Shown here one piece after another: positions 1 through 14,218 of a stretch of DNA of 64,000 nucleotides. The DNA comes from Octopus vulgaris. Lineage: Eukaryota. The first letter of the stretch is position 1; each line of letters begins with the position of its first letter. Below the pieces are notes generated by a model that did not search any database, was not told the DNA's origin, and was given only the letters and a program-made list of their open reading frames with translations. The position numbers and the translations under genes are program-made. The stretch is from assembly GCA_951406725.2 (NCBI GenBank), contig OX597825.1:86180001-86244000 (forward strand). Direction: 5' to 3'.

Positions 1-437
1 AGCCTTCTTGCCACACAGCCATATATATATATATGTATACTCACATTATATACTTTTTATATACAAGAGTGTAACACAATGATTGTTTTTCAAATCATTT
101 ATATATATATATGTGTGTGTGTGTGTGTATATATTTATTTATATATATATATATATACACTTTGATTTTTAGCTAAAACACAAGTGGCCATTGAGCTAAG
201 GAGGGAGTGTAATTTTAAATTGTTAACGATTTAAAAGTTTCCATAAGAGTGAAATTACAGACCATATCCTGAAATTAATGGTTATACTTTACAATATCCG
301 TAAGCATGAAATCCCATAACCTGAGGTAGCCACAATATGAAGGACGCCTGTATGTCTTTAGTAATATCTACAGTCTTTGATAATATCTGCTGTTTTTTTA
401 GGAATATCTACTAAGTGTATCTGTTGTGAAACATCTA

Positions 438-1275
438 CGTGGTGGTATCAAAAACTTCCCAGACTAGTTATGTTTAATACAAAATAACTTATTCACCTAA
501 GTTTTAACATCGTCTCCTTTCCAAATAGTTACCTTGTGCAGTAATACACCAGTTCCTCCATTTTTGGAATCTAACCTGGAAGTCATTTCTCAGGAGCGAG
601 TTGAGGACTTTCAGCAATTTACTCTTGATCTCGACAATGGTGGTGTTAAATGGTGATATTTGATCTGCATCTTGGGGAAGTGATGTAAGTCCACAGGTGC
701 TAAATCTAGCAAATAGGGCAGGTGTGGAAACAATGTCATGTTGTTTTTGGCAAGAAGCTCACAAGTCTGGAGAGCTTGGTGATGGTGCATTGTCATCATG
801 AAGAATTCAATTCTTTGCACTTCACAGATCTGGTCACTTTCACTGAATCTCCTCCCTCAAACACTTCAAAACATCATTGACTGTCCTCCAACGATCCTCA
901 TAGAGCTGCTGATGAAGTTTATTCACATCTCCGGATGTTGACGCTCGTGGCAGGTCTTTCAGAATGCTCATTGTTTTCCAGAGATGTTCTTCCGCTTTCC
1001 AAGCACCCATGCTACTTGAAACATTGTGTACGACCCATTGCCCCTTCACCGTAACTTTGTCGAAGCATGCTCAATGACAAAAAATCCCAGACGACAGCAG
1101 ACACGTGATTACATAAACACAAATTTCACAACTTGTGAAGTAAACACAGTGATGTCACTTAGCACACTGGCTCATGAAGGTCACTCACTGCTAGCTCTCA
1201 CTGTGCATGCAGCTGTGTGCTGCCATCTGTTGGCATGCTAGAGAACTATTCTGAGAGCTTTTTGATACCACCTTG
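438..1275 (-). mobile_element. Internally deleted mariner (Tc1/mariner) DNA transposon
   Basis: Imperfect ~32-bp TIRs (CGTGGTGGTATCAAAAACTTCCCAGACTAGTT vs reverse complement CAAGGTGGTATCAAAAAGCTCTCAGAATAGTT), TA on both sides (436-437, 1276-1277). ORF 611-820(-) reads LAKNNMTLFPHLPYLLDLAPVDLHHFPKM, a degraded mariner HPPYSPDLAPxDF motif; ORF 840-1049 lies in the HTH region. Confidence 0.9.
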
Positions 1276-2799
1276 TAACTTTTATTCTCTCTAACTCATG
1301 TTATTTATTTTTCTTGTTCATACTATTATGTTTGGATGATCGTAGGTCTTCCAGCTGTGGTAAGCCCATCTTTTATATGAACATGCTATATTATCCAATA
1401 TCTGCTGTTTTTAAATACAGTAAGGTATAATTTGTGGGAGATTTGGCAGCTATTTCTAGTAGGTTCAACAACCATGTAGAGCGACTCCTTTCCTTTGTTT
1501 TAATTGTAAGAGCCACTTGAGTGCTGGAATATGCTTTACATGTAGCACCTAGTATGGTGCCTCAGTATTTGAAGTTCAAATCATAGTTACTTGTTGTCAC
1601 TGAAATAATTAAATGTTATATACCAATGTTCATGCGATAAAAAAATGATGTAACACACCATAGAGCACATGAATTAATTAATTCTAGATATAACTGTACA
1701 TTCAGCCTTGCTCTAAAATAATTTTGTGGTTATAACCCCTGGAGAGAGCATGCTGCTCTGATAACTTAAGGATTGTGATTTCAACCTAGTTAGAAATACT
1801 ATTTTGGAACATGGCTAAATACACATTCTTACTTAGACTATTTGGGTTATACAGTTTATGGTATGTGATGTAATTTCATTGGTTCACTTAGTATCAGATA
1901 TATGCGACTCTAATTTACTGTGGATTTCTGTAGATGTTAAGAACCTAAGAGAGTGTATGTGGCTCCAACTGAGCTGATGACACTTGACACCCAATTAGGA
2001 CAAAATCCTAATCCTTTGCTTATTCAGATCTACACTTTCTCAAAATTACTTTAGAATTATTTAAAATTCACATAAATCTATTCGATATGCCACCACTTTT
2101 ACAGAATTAGTCCTTTTTCTTGTTCATAAAAAATTAGAGGTATATATAATGGCCATGAGAGAAAAGTTAAGGTACCAGCTTATTAAGTGCTGAGGTCAGT
2201 TGGTTAGTCACTTGTTATACTCCTTGTTTACATTGCTTGACTTTGTTGCATCATCATTGCCATGATTTTACATTCACTTTTCTTTACTGGCATCCATGAG
2301 AACTAAGCCTTTGTTTGAAGTTACAACCCTTGTTAATGGATCACAAAACCTGTTTTGGTCGTTCCATTTGGAAATGGAAGGTGTACAGGCAAGGCATTGC
2401 TTATGGCTTAATGTCCTTCCTAACACCCACCACTTTACACAGTGTACTCGGTAGATTTGATCACAGCACCAGCACTAGAAGGGTTGTTATGTCCTCAGCT
2501 ACACTGAAAGAGTCCTCTCTTCCCCCACATTGTTTCCATTCAATAAAACAATACAGCTTATTTAATGGAACATGATTGCTGCATGTTCTGTAGAATGAGT
2601 TGTGGTGCTCAGTCATTTCACCAGAATACTTTTGAATATCTGACCATTTTCAGTTTTATTTATGCAGTTAATTCCGTTAGAAATGGTATGAAGGTCACAA
2701 ACTCTTCAAAAATCTAATATATAATATAATATAATATATAATGTTTTATATAACACAGAGAAATTAGTTGTGACCATTTCTTGGTGGGGTTAAAATTGT

Positions 2800-3551
2800 T
2801 GATGTCTCTCTGGATTGCAATTTGTTAGATACGGAATAACATTGACATTTTGGGGTAGAAGGACTGAAGGTAGTTGTTAGCACAGGGACTGGGTGTGATG
2901 GGTACAATATGAATGTCAGGAGGAGTGCTTGACTTGAAATAGCAAAAGACCAGTTAGTCCTGAGGAGCAGTGGCCACTGTATTGGCAGTGGAAAAGAAGA
3001 GTGAGGAGACATCATGTCTGTGTGTCAGAAGCTGGAGTGTGTTGGCAAGTGACTAAATGGATTTTTTTTTTATGGGGTAAGATTTCATCTAAAATCTGTG
3101 TGTGTGTGTGTGAAGCAACACCATCCCAAATATGTGAGTGGTATCTCATTAGAGTTATTACTTGAGCTTTGTATAGGATTAGAAGTTGTTGGGGAAAATG
3201 TTGTATTTTCCATATCTGGAGAGAAAGACCAGTCTTTTCTATGTCAAGGCTATGTGACCATCAACAGAGACCCTCAATGATGATGCGGTCTTCTAGCATT
3301 TGTCATGATCTACAGGGTCCTAGTTGCATGTTGTTCATGTTGGAAGGGAGGGTATGTGTAGGGATTGTGTGTTTGTGCTGTTCAAGGAGACAGTGTGTAG
3401 ATCCATAATGTGCAGGGTCACCAGACACTGGTGAGTGGCTGCTGGGGTTGTGGTCCCTTGTGTTGAAATGAGTAGCCATGGGTTGCCCTGACATACAGGG
3501 TAGAATACTATGAATCTGTTTGCAACGGCCTATTTCACCAACATATAGGAC
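2800..3551 (-). mobile_element. Degraded Penelope-like retroelement fragment (GIY-YIG endonuclease and linker remnants)
   Basis: Minus-strand translation from ~3548 gives LYVGEIGR...QPMATHFNTRDH, matching the YxGETGR...PVAxHFN pattern of Penelope GIY-YIG domains. An IPLTY remnant near 3140 and FPLP near 2990 resemble the RT-EN linker. Cut at 3552 by a SINE. Confidence 0.6.
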
Positions 3552-3702
3552 TCACGGAGTGGTTGGCGTTAGGAAGGGCATCCAGCCGTAGAAACACTGC
3601 CAGATCAGACTGGGCCTGGTGCAGCCTTCTGGCTTCCCAGACCCCAGTTGAACCGTCCAACCCATGCTAGCATGGAAAGCGGACGCTAAATGATGATGAT
3701 GA
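3552..3702 (+). mobile_element. SINE-like family A copy (GGAAGGGCATCC core, (GAT)n tail), 5' truncated
   Basis: GGAGTGGTTGGCGTTAGGAAGGGCATCCAGC...CCAACCCATGCTAGCATGGAAAGCGGACG..(GAT)n, present in more than ten copies in the window. Confidence 0.85.
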
Positions 3703-4701
3703 TAGGACCTCACCTTAGCTTTGTAGAGTTGAAGTATCTTCTGGTCTTTAAGAGAAGGATCAGTCATTTGAAAGCAGTTCTGGTTGTGTTAATGGTATAT
3801 ACAGAAATCATATGCAATCTGTTGAATAAACATATATTTAGCCTCATTCTGAAAATAGATGCCATTGATAGAGTGTAAGGGATTCTTGGAGCTTGATGTA
3901 AGGATGAAAGCAACTATTAATGATTCATCAGGTGTTGTTTATCTCCCCTGACCAACTGCTGAAGTACAAAACAATGTTACTTCATATAGGAACTATAAAC
4001 AGGACGATGGTAAGCTTAACAGTATTAATGTATTATTGTAGCAGCCAATAACTACAGTATCAATATAATTATATGTGCACAAGTCTTAAACAAAACGAGT
4101 GCATTTAATAAACATAGTTTATACCATTTTTAAGGGAATTAGCTGCATAAATAAAACTGGAAATGGTCAGATATTCAAAAGTATATTCTGGTGAAATGAC
4201 TGAGCACCACAACTGATTTTATAGAACATGCAGCAGTCATGTTTACTGAACGGAGACACTGCCCCCTCCCCCCATGCATGTGCACAAACAAACAAAAAGA
4301 ACACAGCTCGGATAACAGACAGTCAACAACTATTGAAAAGGTTGTAAGATGCAAGGAAAATTTTAGAAAAACAAATGAGTAATTGAGTGGAAATGAAACC
4401 AGTGAGTGTGTTAAATTATAAGGCACTAAAAGAGAATGACTCTCCCCAGACACAACAGAATATGTTTCAACACACAAACTCACATAAAGAATCTTGCAAA
4501 CCAAATCCTTGTTATGAAGATAGGTCACTAAAGATAAACCATATTGCTTTGCATGTTTTTCTTTTCTTTTTTTTTTTTTTTTTTTTTTTGATGAATTGAA
4601 AGTAAGGCTTGTATGAATCAACTAGTGTTATCTTTTATTAAAGATTCATTCATCTTTATGTGGAAGTTATTGTAGATAATTTCTGTATCCATATATGTAT
4701 A

Positions 4702-5021
4702 TCATCATCATCATCATCATTTAATATCCGTTTCACATGCTGGCATGGGTTGAATGGTTTGACTGAGGTCTGGAGAGCCAGTTGCTGCACCAGGCTCCAA
4801 TCTGATCTGGCAATGTTTCTACGGCTGGATGCCCTTCCTAACGCCAACCACTCCGAGAGTTTAGTGGGTGCTTTTTACATGCCACCAGCATGGAAGCCAG
4901 TCAGGCAGCACTGGCATTGGCCATGTTCAGATGGTGCTTTTTATGTGCTACCGGCACAGGAGCCAGCCGGTGTAGGGGCTGGCATTGACCACGTTCGGAT
5001 GGTGCTTTTTAATGCCACCAG
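4702..5021 (-). mobile_element. SINE-like family A copy with about three tandem ~66-nt 5' modules
   Basis: Reverse complement of family A: (ATC)n tail at 4702, GGATGCCCTTCC core, three GGTGCTTTTT-containing units. Confidence 0.85.
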
Positions 5022-7310
5022 CATCTCAGTTCAAATTTCATCTAAGTCATCCTTGCCTTTCATCCCTTCAAAGTCAATAAAATAAGCACCAGACAAGCTC
5101 TAGGATCGATATATCTTCATCGTTATTTAACATCCCTTTTCTATATTGGCCTGGGTTGAACAATTTGAGAGAAACTGATGATCCTGAGGGTGATGTGAAG
5201 CTCCAGTGTTTGCTTTGGCATCGTTTATACAACTGGATGTCCTTCCTGTTGTGGAACTCTTTTACAGAGTGTATTGGGTGCTTTTTACATGGCACTGGCA
5301 TGAGTGTGGTCACCAAGTAGATCCCTTGCCCCTCCCCAGCCAAGAGGGTGTGTAATGTTGACAGAGGTGACTTTATGCCAGGTGATGAAAGGTGAAAATA
5401 TGATAAAAGTACAGAAAACCTGGTTCTTGCATTTTAGGAGATACGTGGCTAACCCAGTTTGAAAAGGAGAGAGAATGATGAAGAGGTGTCAGGGCAGACC
5501 CTCAGGTTACAAGAAGATGAACATAAAAGAAGTGTTCCACAGGATTGGATAGGGTAAATGGGTGGGTAAGTTTGTGAGAGAGTGAGAGGGCGGCTATGGT
5601 AGATGGGTGAATATGGGGGGAAAAAGAGGTGAATGCAGTGGAAGTGTGGTCAGTGGTGAACAGCAGTTTGGAGGAGGAAATGGAATTGGGACAGGAAGGT
5701 GATGTGGGAGAAGTGGGTGTAATTTCTGTGATTTAAGGTTATTCCAAGTAGAATTATTATGCTGTCCACCACTCCAGCTAGAGATGGGTTTTAGATGGCT
5801 TGGCATTGAAATATCCAAGGTCGGTGTTGGATGTTTAATCTAAAAGTTGCAAATTTGACCAATTCTAAAGTGACTTCCAATTGTTGCCTGTACCATTTTA
5901 TTATCCCTGGTAGTTGACCATGTCTTCCTGGTTCTGCTAAATGCTACCTTTCATCTTTTGTGTCTTTGATTGCATTCTTCTCTTGCTAGAATCTTTCTTC
6001 TTAGTTCTATGACTTCTCAATTCAAACACATCTCTTTATCTCTCTTTAAACTTCTCACCTGTGAAACTGTTTTCTCTCAATTGTTTTATTTTCCTCTCCA
6101 GTCTCTTTGTTAATTAGTTCTTCCTTTTTAATTATTCTTTTACTTTGCAAAAGAATCATGTTTCCTTTTGTTGATCTTCTTGTCAATTAATTTTGAATTT
6201 CACATATCGCTTGGTTTTCTTGGTTTTTATACACTCCATTTTTTACTAGTTCTGCTGTTTTGTTTCTTGATTTGTAACAATTCCTGCTTCTTTTGTTATT
6301 ACACAGGCTGTTACATAAATTCAGTGATTTATATAAGAATTATTCATATCATTAGGGTTACTGCATTTCAATGCCAGCTTTACGCTAAGATAATTGCAAT
6401 TATAAAGACATTTTCTATTATGTCCCTTCATAAAAATGATCATTAAATGTGGCCAATAAAAGAAATCATTGTCATCATTAATATCGTCATCGTCATTGTC
6501 ATTGTCATTATCATCATCGTTGCCATCATCATCGTTGCCATCATCATCGTCATCTATGTACATTCCAAGTGAGCTGGCCATATTTTAAGAATGTACAGAT
6601 TTTAAAAATTGTATGATTTTTCAAGATGGGAAATGTGTTGGGTGAGAAATATTTACTGACCCCAGCTATAAAAATATTAATATTTTTATTGGCACATTTC
6701 AATCAGCCATTCTGATTGGTTCCTTTTTCTTTTTTCTTTCTTTTTTTTCTTTTTGGTTTGAATATTTTTAACAGGAACAACAATAAAATGTATCTTGCTT
6801 TATCTATTACGAATCCATTTATCTGACAATTAGTCACTTCCTGATCATCATCATTAATTATTAGGATCATGTTTTTAACACTTTCTGTGTGTGACATTGT
6901 CTCTGTGCTGTGTAGTACAGTTGTGTTGTTGGTTATACACTCAGTATTTCTGTTGTATTGTGTGTCTACTGTTCAGAGCTGTATCTTGTTGTTGGGGATT
7001 GTATTTCATGGATGTTTCGTGAGGTCAGTTGGTTGGTGCAATTGTTAGTGTTAGACAGATGCCTTGTAGTAATTATTCTCACGCTTTGTGTTCTGAGTTC
7101 AAATCCTACCACGGTCAATTTTGCCTTTCATCCTTCTGAGGTCAATAAATTAAATACCAGCCAAGTACTGAAGTCTGTTCATCTGCTTCTTTACCCCCCC
7201 CCTCTCTGTCTGTCTGTCTCTCAGCATCAACCTTACTGTGCTGTGAGAAGGGGTGAACCACCTACAGTGTCCTTTCTCTTCAATAAATAGGGATCAGAGA
7301 TGAATTAGAG

Positions 7311-7553
7311 TAGTGGTTCTCAAGTGGGGTCCACATAAGATTTTGGTGTTAAAATTTTATTGTGCAATAAATTGATTATATACTTCTACAATACACAAAC
7401 TATTTTAACTAATTATTTATACAATCACTATTAATATTTAATTATTAAAATATAATTGGATTTATCTAACACTGAATGGCTTTATCTAAACATTGAATGG
7501 CGTAAAAGAGGAATCAAAGAGGTCCCGAAGCAAAAAACGGTTGAGAACCTCTG
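7311..7553. mobile_element. hAT (Charlie/MER5-like) MITE
   Basis: Termini TAGTGGTTCTCAA ... TTGAGAACCTCTG; interior homologous to the copy at 32813-33044. No clean 8-bp TSD seen. Confidence 0.7.
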
Positions 7554-7595
7554 AACTATTTCTAGGACAGCTCTCATCTGTTTTTCTTCCTGTGT

Positions 7596-7962
7596 GGATG
7601 CACAATGGCCCAGTGGTTACGGCAGCAGACTTGCAGTCATAGGATTGCAGGTTTCAATTCCCAGACCAAGCATTGTGAGTGTTTATTGAGTGAAAACGCC
7701 TAAAGCTCCACAAGGTTCCGGTGGTGGCAAACCCTACTATACTCTTTCACCACAACTTTCTCTTGCTCTTTCTTCCTGTTTCTGTTGTATTTCAAAGGAG
7801 CCAGCTTTGTCACACTCTGTGTCATGCTGAATCTTTCCAAGAACTATGTTAAGGGTACACATGTCTGTGGAGTGCTCAGCCACTTGCACATTAATTTCAC
7901 AAGCAGGCTGTTCCGTTGATTGGGTCAAATGGAACCCTCATTATCATAACCGACGGAGTACC
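7596..7962 (+). mobile_element. tRNA-headed SINE (family D body)
   Basis: A-box-like TGGCCCAGTGG, B-box-like GGTTTCAATTCC; 3' body (CTGTGGAGTGCTCAGCCAC...GGAACCCTC) shared with the inverted copy at 31682-31987. Confidence 0.75.
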
Positions 7963-8544
7963 GTAGTATTCTTCCAGCTACAAAAATCGGAAAACATGGC
8001 AGTCATGGATGGAATGATGTGTTTTGTGTGGATTGTGTTATTGAGTGGTGATTGTGTATAAGTGTCGCGTTGGTTGTATGAATTGGGTAAAATATGGACT
8101 GTGTTGGTTGTGGTATTGAATTGAGAAGTGTTTGGGGTTGGATGTCAGTTGCGACTTGTTGGGCTACTTTTTAGGGCTGTATATAGATTTGTAGTCCCTA
8201 GTACAATTTTTATGTTCTGGTCATGTTTTTCCATATCATACCTGGTGCCTTTCTCATGTTATTGTTTTCGTTTATTCTTTCCCCTTTCAAGATTCTTTTA
8301 CATTGATAGACTTTGTTTTTGTTTTTTGTTTTTACATACTTCCAGGGATTGTTTTGTTTAAAACGAGTTAAAATGAATGAAGAGATAGATGTTCCTGTTT
8401 TTGATAATGTATTAACAGTTCACCTGGATTACTTTGTCAATCTAGACTGACATGTCCCAGATGATTGTGGTCAGGCAGTTGGTGTATACCATGTTTGGGA
8501 CATGCTTGTATCATTTCTTATCTGTTTTCAGACCTGCATTGCCT

Positions 8545-8747
8545 TATTGGCTCCTGTGCTGGTAGCACGTAAAAGCACCCACTACACTCTTGGAGTGGTT
8601 GGCGTTAGGAAGGGCATCCAGCTGTAGAAACTCTGCTAAATCAAGATTGGAGCTTGGTGCAGCCATCTGGTTCGCCAGTCCTCAGTCAAAATCGTCCAAC
8701 CCATGCTAGCATGGAAAGCGGACGTTAAACGATGATGATGATGATGA
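8545..8747 (+). mobile_element. SINE-like family A copy
   Basis: One 5' module, GGAAGGGCATCC core, (GAT)n tail; very similar to 20890-21102. Confidence 0.85.
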
Positions 8748-9504
8748 TTTCAAAGTGTCAATACTCTTTGCTCAGTAGACTTAACTACTAACTTAATCAT
8801 GTCTGTGAATAGACAGAGAATTTTCAAGGACTGGTTTCCCAAAAATGGTGTTGTCAGTTGCCTTATGTTATTAATTGGATAATCAACAGTTGAGGTTAGC
8901 CTCTTCTCTCATTGTATTCTTCCTATAATTATTCGTAGCTCGGCAGTGATCCTTTTCAACTACTAAAAAGACATACTACTCCTAATTTTAATCTAGAAGT
9001 TTTGAGCCATTTTTAGTTTTTATTTTAGTTTACTTTCTTCTTGATAAATCTTACAGGGTGTAGTTCTTCTCTGGAATATTGTGGAATTTATTTTTGTTAT
9101 TTTATTCCTTGTTATTTCATTTAAACCTCTTCTCAAGTATTCTCCTAATTTAAATCTTCTCCTTCCATACAGTTGTCTTCTAGTTTGTATTTTATTTTTG
9201 GAGATAGAGAGAAATTGATTTTCTTTGTGTTCCTTTATTTAACACTAATCAGTTTCCATTTGCTTGCTGCTAAATATTTCTCTGGTCCCACTGTTGTTAT
9301 TTTATATTAGTTGTCTCTAGTATAGTGTATGCAATAGATATATCTGCTTTGAGCTGGTAGCTCCAGAATGCTGTTAATAGGTAGTTTAAGCTTTTCAGTT
9401 CACTAATCTTTCAGTTTATGCTGAAGCTATAATATGGCTAATGTATTTATAATATATCATCTTATTTCTAGCATTGAATAATACAGTTGTGTTAAATTTC
9501 TGTG

Positions 9505-9598
9505 TGTTGTATGTAGACCTAACTATTTATATGTGTGATTCTGTTGTATGTACACCTAACTATTTATAGCTGTGTTGTTCCTGCACCAAACTATTTGT
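9505..9598. repeat. Short tandem duplication, ~37-bp unit, about 2.5 copies
   Basis: TGTTGTATGTA(G/C)ACCTAACTATTTATA at 9505 and 9542, with a degenerate third part. Confidence 0.7.
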
Positions 9599-9819
9599 GT
9601 GTGTGTGTGGTTCTGTTCTAATTCTCTGATTTTTGATACCTGGATCTAATTTAATGTTTTCAGCTTTAGTTAATTGGACTTTCACTAGTTTTGGTACATT
9701 ACTGTTTTCTTGGTAGAATTCATGAACAACTTTTGGTAGGTTCTTCAGCTGGGTTCTTTGTAAACAAAGTCCTCCATGTGGAGGAGATAGTTTATAATTT
9801 GGTCAACACCAAGCCAAGT

Positions 9820-10278
9820 GCGATCGTAGTCATGGCTAATGCCAGTGCTGTGTAACTGGACTGTTAGAAGCACCCTTCAATCGTTGGGCAATATGCTGTG
9901 CTTGGGAAGACCTGTTGAACTGAGTGAAAACATTGTTGTGGACGGTGCCAGTGCCGTCTGACTGGCACCCATACCGATGGTATGTAAAAAGCACTTTTCG
10001 AGCATTGGGCCTCATGGAGGCAGTGACAGGTGACCAAGACCCTTGGCGACATACCGTACTTATGTTGACCTGTCAAGCCAAGGGAGACTGTAGTTATGGC
10101 TCATAAAAAAACACCCACTCCACTTTTGGATTGGTTGGCATTAGGAAGGGCATTCAGTCTTAGAAACCTTGACAAATCAGATCAGATTGGAATCTGGTGC
10201 AGCCCTGCGGCCTACCAGTTTTCAGTCACACCATCCAATCCATGCCAGCATGGAAAGCAGACATTAAACGATGCTGAT
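9820..10278 (+). mobile_element. Longer, diverged SINE-like family A copy
   Basis: Several GCCAGTGC...ACTGG modules followed by a GGAAGGGCATTC core and a GAT-like tail. Confidence 0.7.
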
Positions 10279-11163
10279 GGTGGTGCTTTCATTTTTATTG
10301 TCTGTAAGATCTCACCATCACCATAGTTGCTGTCATTTTGTTTTCCTTGCTGCCATAAGTGGATATGATGACGAAATTGACGGCAGTCGGGGGGGGGGGG
10401 GCTGGATATCCTCATTTCTGAGATAGCAGAGCAGACAATGAACCTATAATCAATCATACAAACAAACATGACAAAACAGTAGCACCTTGTTTCGAGTCAG
10501 TCACACAGCACACAATATTGCCTGTTTTACTAAAACAATCTGTTGTTTAAAACACTTTAGATTTGTTTTTTAATTTAAAAAAAAGAAAACAATATCTAGA
10601 GTAGGTTATTAAAGACTTGTATTTTATAATTGTATGAGTTTCTTTTGAATGATATTAATTACAGTAATTCACATAGTTTCAGGTACTTCAGCTACGATAG
10701 CTGCTATTTCTCAGCCTGTTTGTAGTCTCCATTGCAGTTTATATTTAAATTTACATCCATTTAATAATGTTGCCATATCATATTACACCTTCTCCTTGTA
10801 CTGGCTAAATCTTATGCCATTCTCAAACTTCCAGCCCCGCCACTCACCCTGCAGTTCACCCTGCAGTTCACCAAGCAGCTGTCTGACAAATCTTTCTAGG
10901 TTGTTGTTACCAGATGTGACATACAGACAAATAACAGCAACAACATCCACGACGATGATGATGATGATGATAATGATAATGATAATGATGATAATGATGA
11001 TGATGGAAAGTGTGCCAAGTTGGTTATTTGCCTTGTTGGAAGTGAGGTCAGTGTAACCTGACTGATTAAAAGTACTGGACAAGAGGAAAGTAATAAAAGC
11101 CACCAGTGAAAAATGTCAGTGGCTCATGAATCTTAACACATTATTACAGACAGCCGGAACTCA

Positions 11164-11207
<44 letters not shown>

Positions 11208-11909
11208 TACGCGCACGCATGCCTAACAGTAATAAATAACCTACATATACTATGTATGTGGCAAGTACCATACAATAAGTCCAAGTTTGTAAGCTGTGGG
11301 CAATCTGAGTTCATGACCTACTTTTAATTTCCAAAGGAAGCTATTTTCTTTCAGTGATACATTCTACACACGTGCACAGACACACAGACACACACACACA
11401 CACACACACACCAGTGGGGGAACACTGTAGTGTAACTTAGGTCTGTTTCCTATTTGTAACTATTTCACTTGCTTTGCTAAATGCCATTGGGAAATGTATG
11501 AACATCACAGCCCAGCCTAATTATATATGATGCTGGATATTATAACATCAATTTGGAACACGTGGAAGGGAGCTGGGACAACTGTTCTCATTATGAGTCT
11601 CTTTATCTTTTCTGTCTCCAATTAGTGTTTGTAATATCCAATATTAAATCATTCCTTAATAATGTATCTATCATGATTATATGTTTAAAATGTTGAGCTA
11701 GTAACTTTATGATGATGAGTTCAAATCTTAACTATGACCATCATAGTATTTCTTACAAGACTTATATCAGCCAAACTATTAATGATAGTTATGATAGATA
11801 CTTATCTATGGCTGCATGAAGCGCTGTATGTAAGACACTAAAGAATTTGGTTGTGGTGCTCCAGCATGACCTTGGCTGTGATGTCTGAAGCAAACTTATG
11901 AACTAAATA

Positions 11910-12840
11910 CAAGGCTTGTTCATTAAAGATTTCCCCTGACCCACTTACGGTTATTGCAGGAAATGGAACTTGTACAGGTATAATCATACATGTCTCTACA
12001 TGTCATATTGTAAATTACAGTTTTCTGCTAGTATTTGTTTGTCTTTTATAATTTCTGAAGTGGACTTAGGTGTTATAATGGAGGCAGTTCAATGCAGATC
12101 AGTGATCAGGTTCTTATACTTGAAAGGTCGAACACCAAAAGAGACTTTTATGGTGACGATGCACCATCATACGATGTAATCAAGCACTGGCATCACCAGT
12201 TCAGATGTGGTCGGACATTGGTGGAAACTGCTCCTATTCCTGGATGATGACACCATCCATAAAATGGAAGTTGCCATTTTGGAGGGGTCCATTACTATAA
12301 TCCTGAGACTAAAGTCCAGTTGAAGCAATGGAAACATGATAACTCACTACCTCCAAAGAAGGCTCATGTTCAACCTTGAGCAGGCAAGGTGATGCTCAGT
12401 CTTTTGGGACCAGCATGGTGTAGTGATGATGGATATTCTGGCAAAGGGCACCACAGTTAATGAGGCATGTTTTGCTTCTCTGCTGCAGAAATTGCTGGAC
12501 GCCATCAAAGCATAGAGGTGTAGTATGCTGACCAAGGGAGTCTGCCTCCTCCCAGACAATGCCCTAGTTCACAATGTGCCTGTTGCCCAGATGAAAGCAT
12601 AGTCCTGCAGCTATGAAATCCTTCCTCACCCCCTTACTCTTGTGACCTCCTACCATTTGACTTCCACCTCTTTCCAACCATGAAGTCTTTTTTGAAGGAG
12701 AAGCACTTTTCAGGAGATGATGACCTTATTTCTGAGGTAAAGTCTTGGCTCCAGACGCAACCCACCGACTTTTACAGAGGAGGTCTTCACAGTTGCATAA
12801 AGTGATGGGATGGGAGAAGTGTGTCACCATTGGTGCCTGT
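11910..12840 (+). mobile_element. Mariner transposase pseudogene (left TIR present, right end lost)
   Basis: TA|CAAGGCTTGTTCATTAAAGATTTCCCCTG left end. Frame-broken translation: CRSVIRFLYLKGRTPKE ... KHWHHQFRCGRT ... AGKVM ... KGTTVN ... KGVCLLPDNA ... ILPHPPYSCDLLPFDFHLFPTMK ... WEKCV, a mariner DD34D-type pattern. Confidence 0.9.
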
Positions 12841-14218
12841 GGCTCCGACAAACAAAACCTACACCACGTAGTACAGTCACTTTGGCGATGCTTCTTCCTT
12901 TCTTTTGTAATTTCAGAAACTCCATTAATAGTTTTCTCTAATCTAGGCACAAGGACAGTAGTTTTATGAGAGGAGATGGCAAGTGGATACCATCAACCCC
13001 AGTACTTGTTTGACACTTGTTTTATCAACCTTGAAAGGATGAAAGGCAAAATTGACCTCAGTGGAATTTGAACTCAGAGCATAAAGAGCCAAGAGAATGC
13101 TTCTGCCAGTTGTTGCCTTTATAATAATGAAAATAATAATAATGATAATTTCTAATACAGGCATAAGGCCAATGTTAGTAATTTGGTTGTCAGTTAAATT
13201 AATTCAGTACTTGACTGATCCTTCATTGTTTCAACTCAGAAGGATGAAAGGCAAAGCTAACCTCAACATACCAAAAGCACACAGAGCTGTGGCTGGTAGT
13301 GCAGTGAAAGTACACCATTAAAGTGAGATGACTGATTATTATTATTATTTAATAATAATAATAATGGCCAATATTTTTTGTGTTTTCATAGATTAGCATT
13401 TAAATATTTGCTAATAAATATTTAGGCAAGAATGGTGTAGGCTTTTATTTGAAATGATCAAAAGTTCAATAGTGACTGTAGACCAAGTATCTTTGACTCT
13501 GTCAACATTGCTGTGTTATTAATGTTGTTATTTTAATGATATTCTATATGCTTGTGATGGTGGTGGAGGGGGGTTTATCACCCCCCCCCCTTCCTAATTT
13601 GGACATTCACATATTTGAAAGTAGTCGGTTGATGTTAGGGTATCATGTGGTGCATGAGGATGGAAGTAAATGTGCTTGCTAGCGGAGGAGGAGGAGGAGG
13701 AGGAGTATTATGGGTATTTAGTTGTTCAAGAAGATGTGAAGGCAAAGGAAGAATGTCCTGTGAGGTTTGAGAATAAGATGGAGGTCGAGTGAGGATGAAG
13801 AACAAGCTTAAGAAACATGGCAAAATATGAGACTTCAATAAGTTTCAATAGAAGAAGCCAATGTTGGTTTGAGAAAGTTCTTTGTGAAAACTGGTGAAAG
13901 TAGTTCCTTGTTTGGGTTGTGAAAGTCCAAATTTTCCCTTTTTGCTCCTACATTATTTCACCCCTGGAAGAGTGATGCTGTCAAGAGATACTGAAACAAT
14001 TTTGGTCTCCAAGTACTGGGTACTTCCTTTAGTGCTTACTGTTTGTTTGTAAATTACAGCCAAGACAAGTGCAACATTCTGATTGTTGTTAGGTTTGAAC
14101 TTGTAACCACATGAACCTGTTGTTCACCATAGCCTCGTACCTGCTGGGTCTCAAAATTGTTTTAGTTTTTTTCAATTTTTTTAAGACCCAAAATGTCATA
14201 ACATCATCTTGATCAAGA

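Noticed and set aside
1973-2010. Other CTGATGA motifs as hammerhead cores (also 3925, 5176, 34986, 60220)
   Set aside because: No stem II followed by GAAA at a suitable spacing.
4660-5085. 141-aa ORF and similar ORFs at 18184, 20890 and 48435
   Set aside because: Chance read-through of family A SINE copies.
10649-11103. 135-aa ORF with an SPCSSPCSSP repeat as a possible upstream exon
   Set aside because: It runs into an (ATG)n microsatellite, has no recognisable motif and no convincing phase-0 donor. It cannot be excluded without RNA data.
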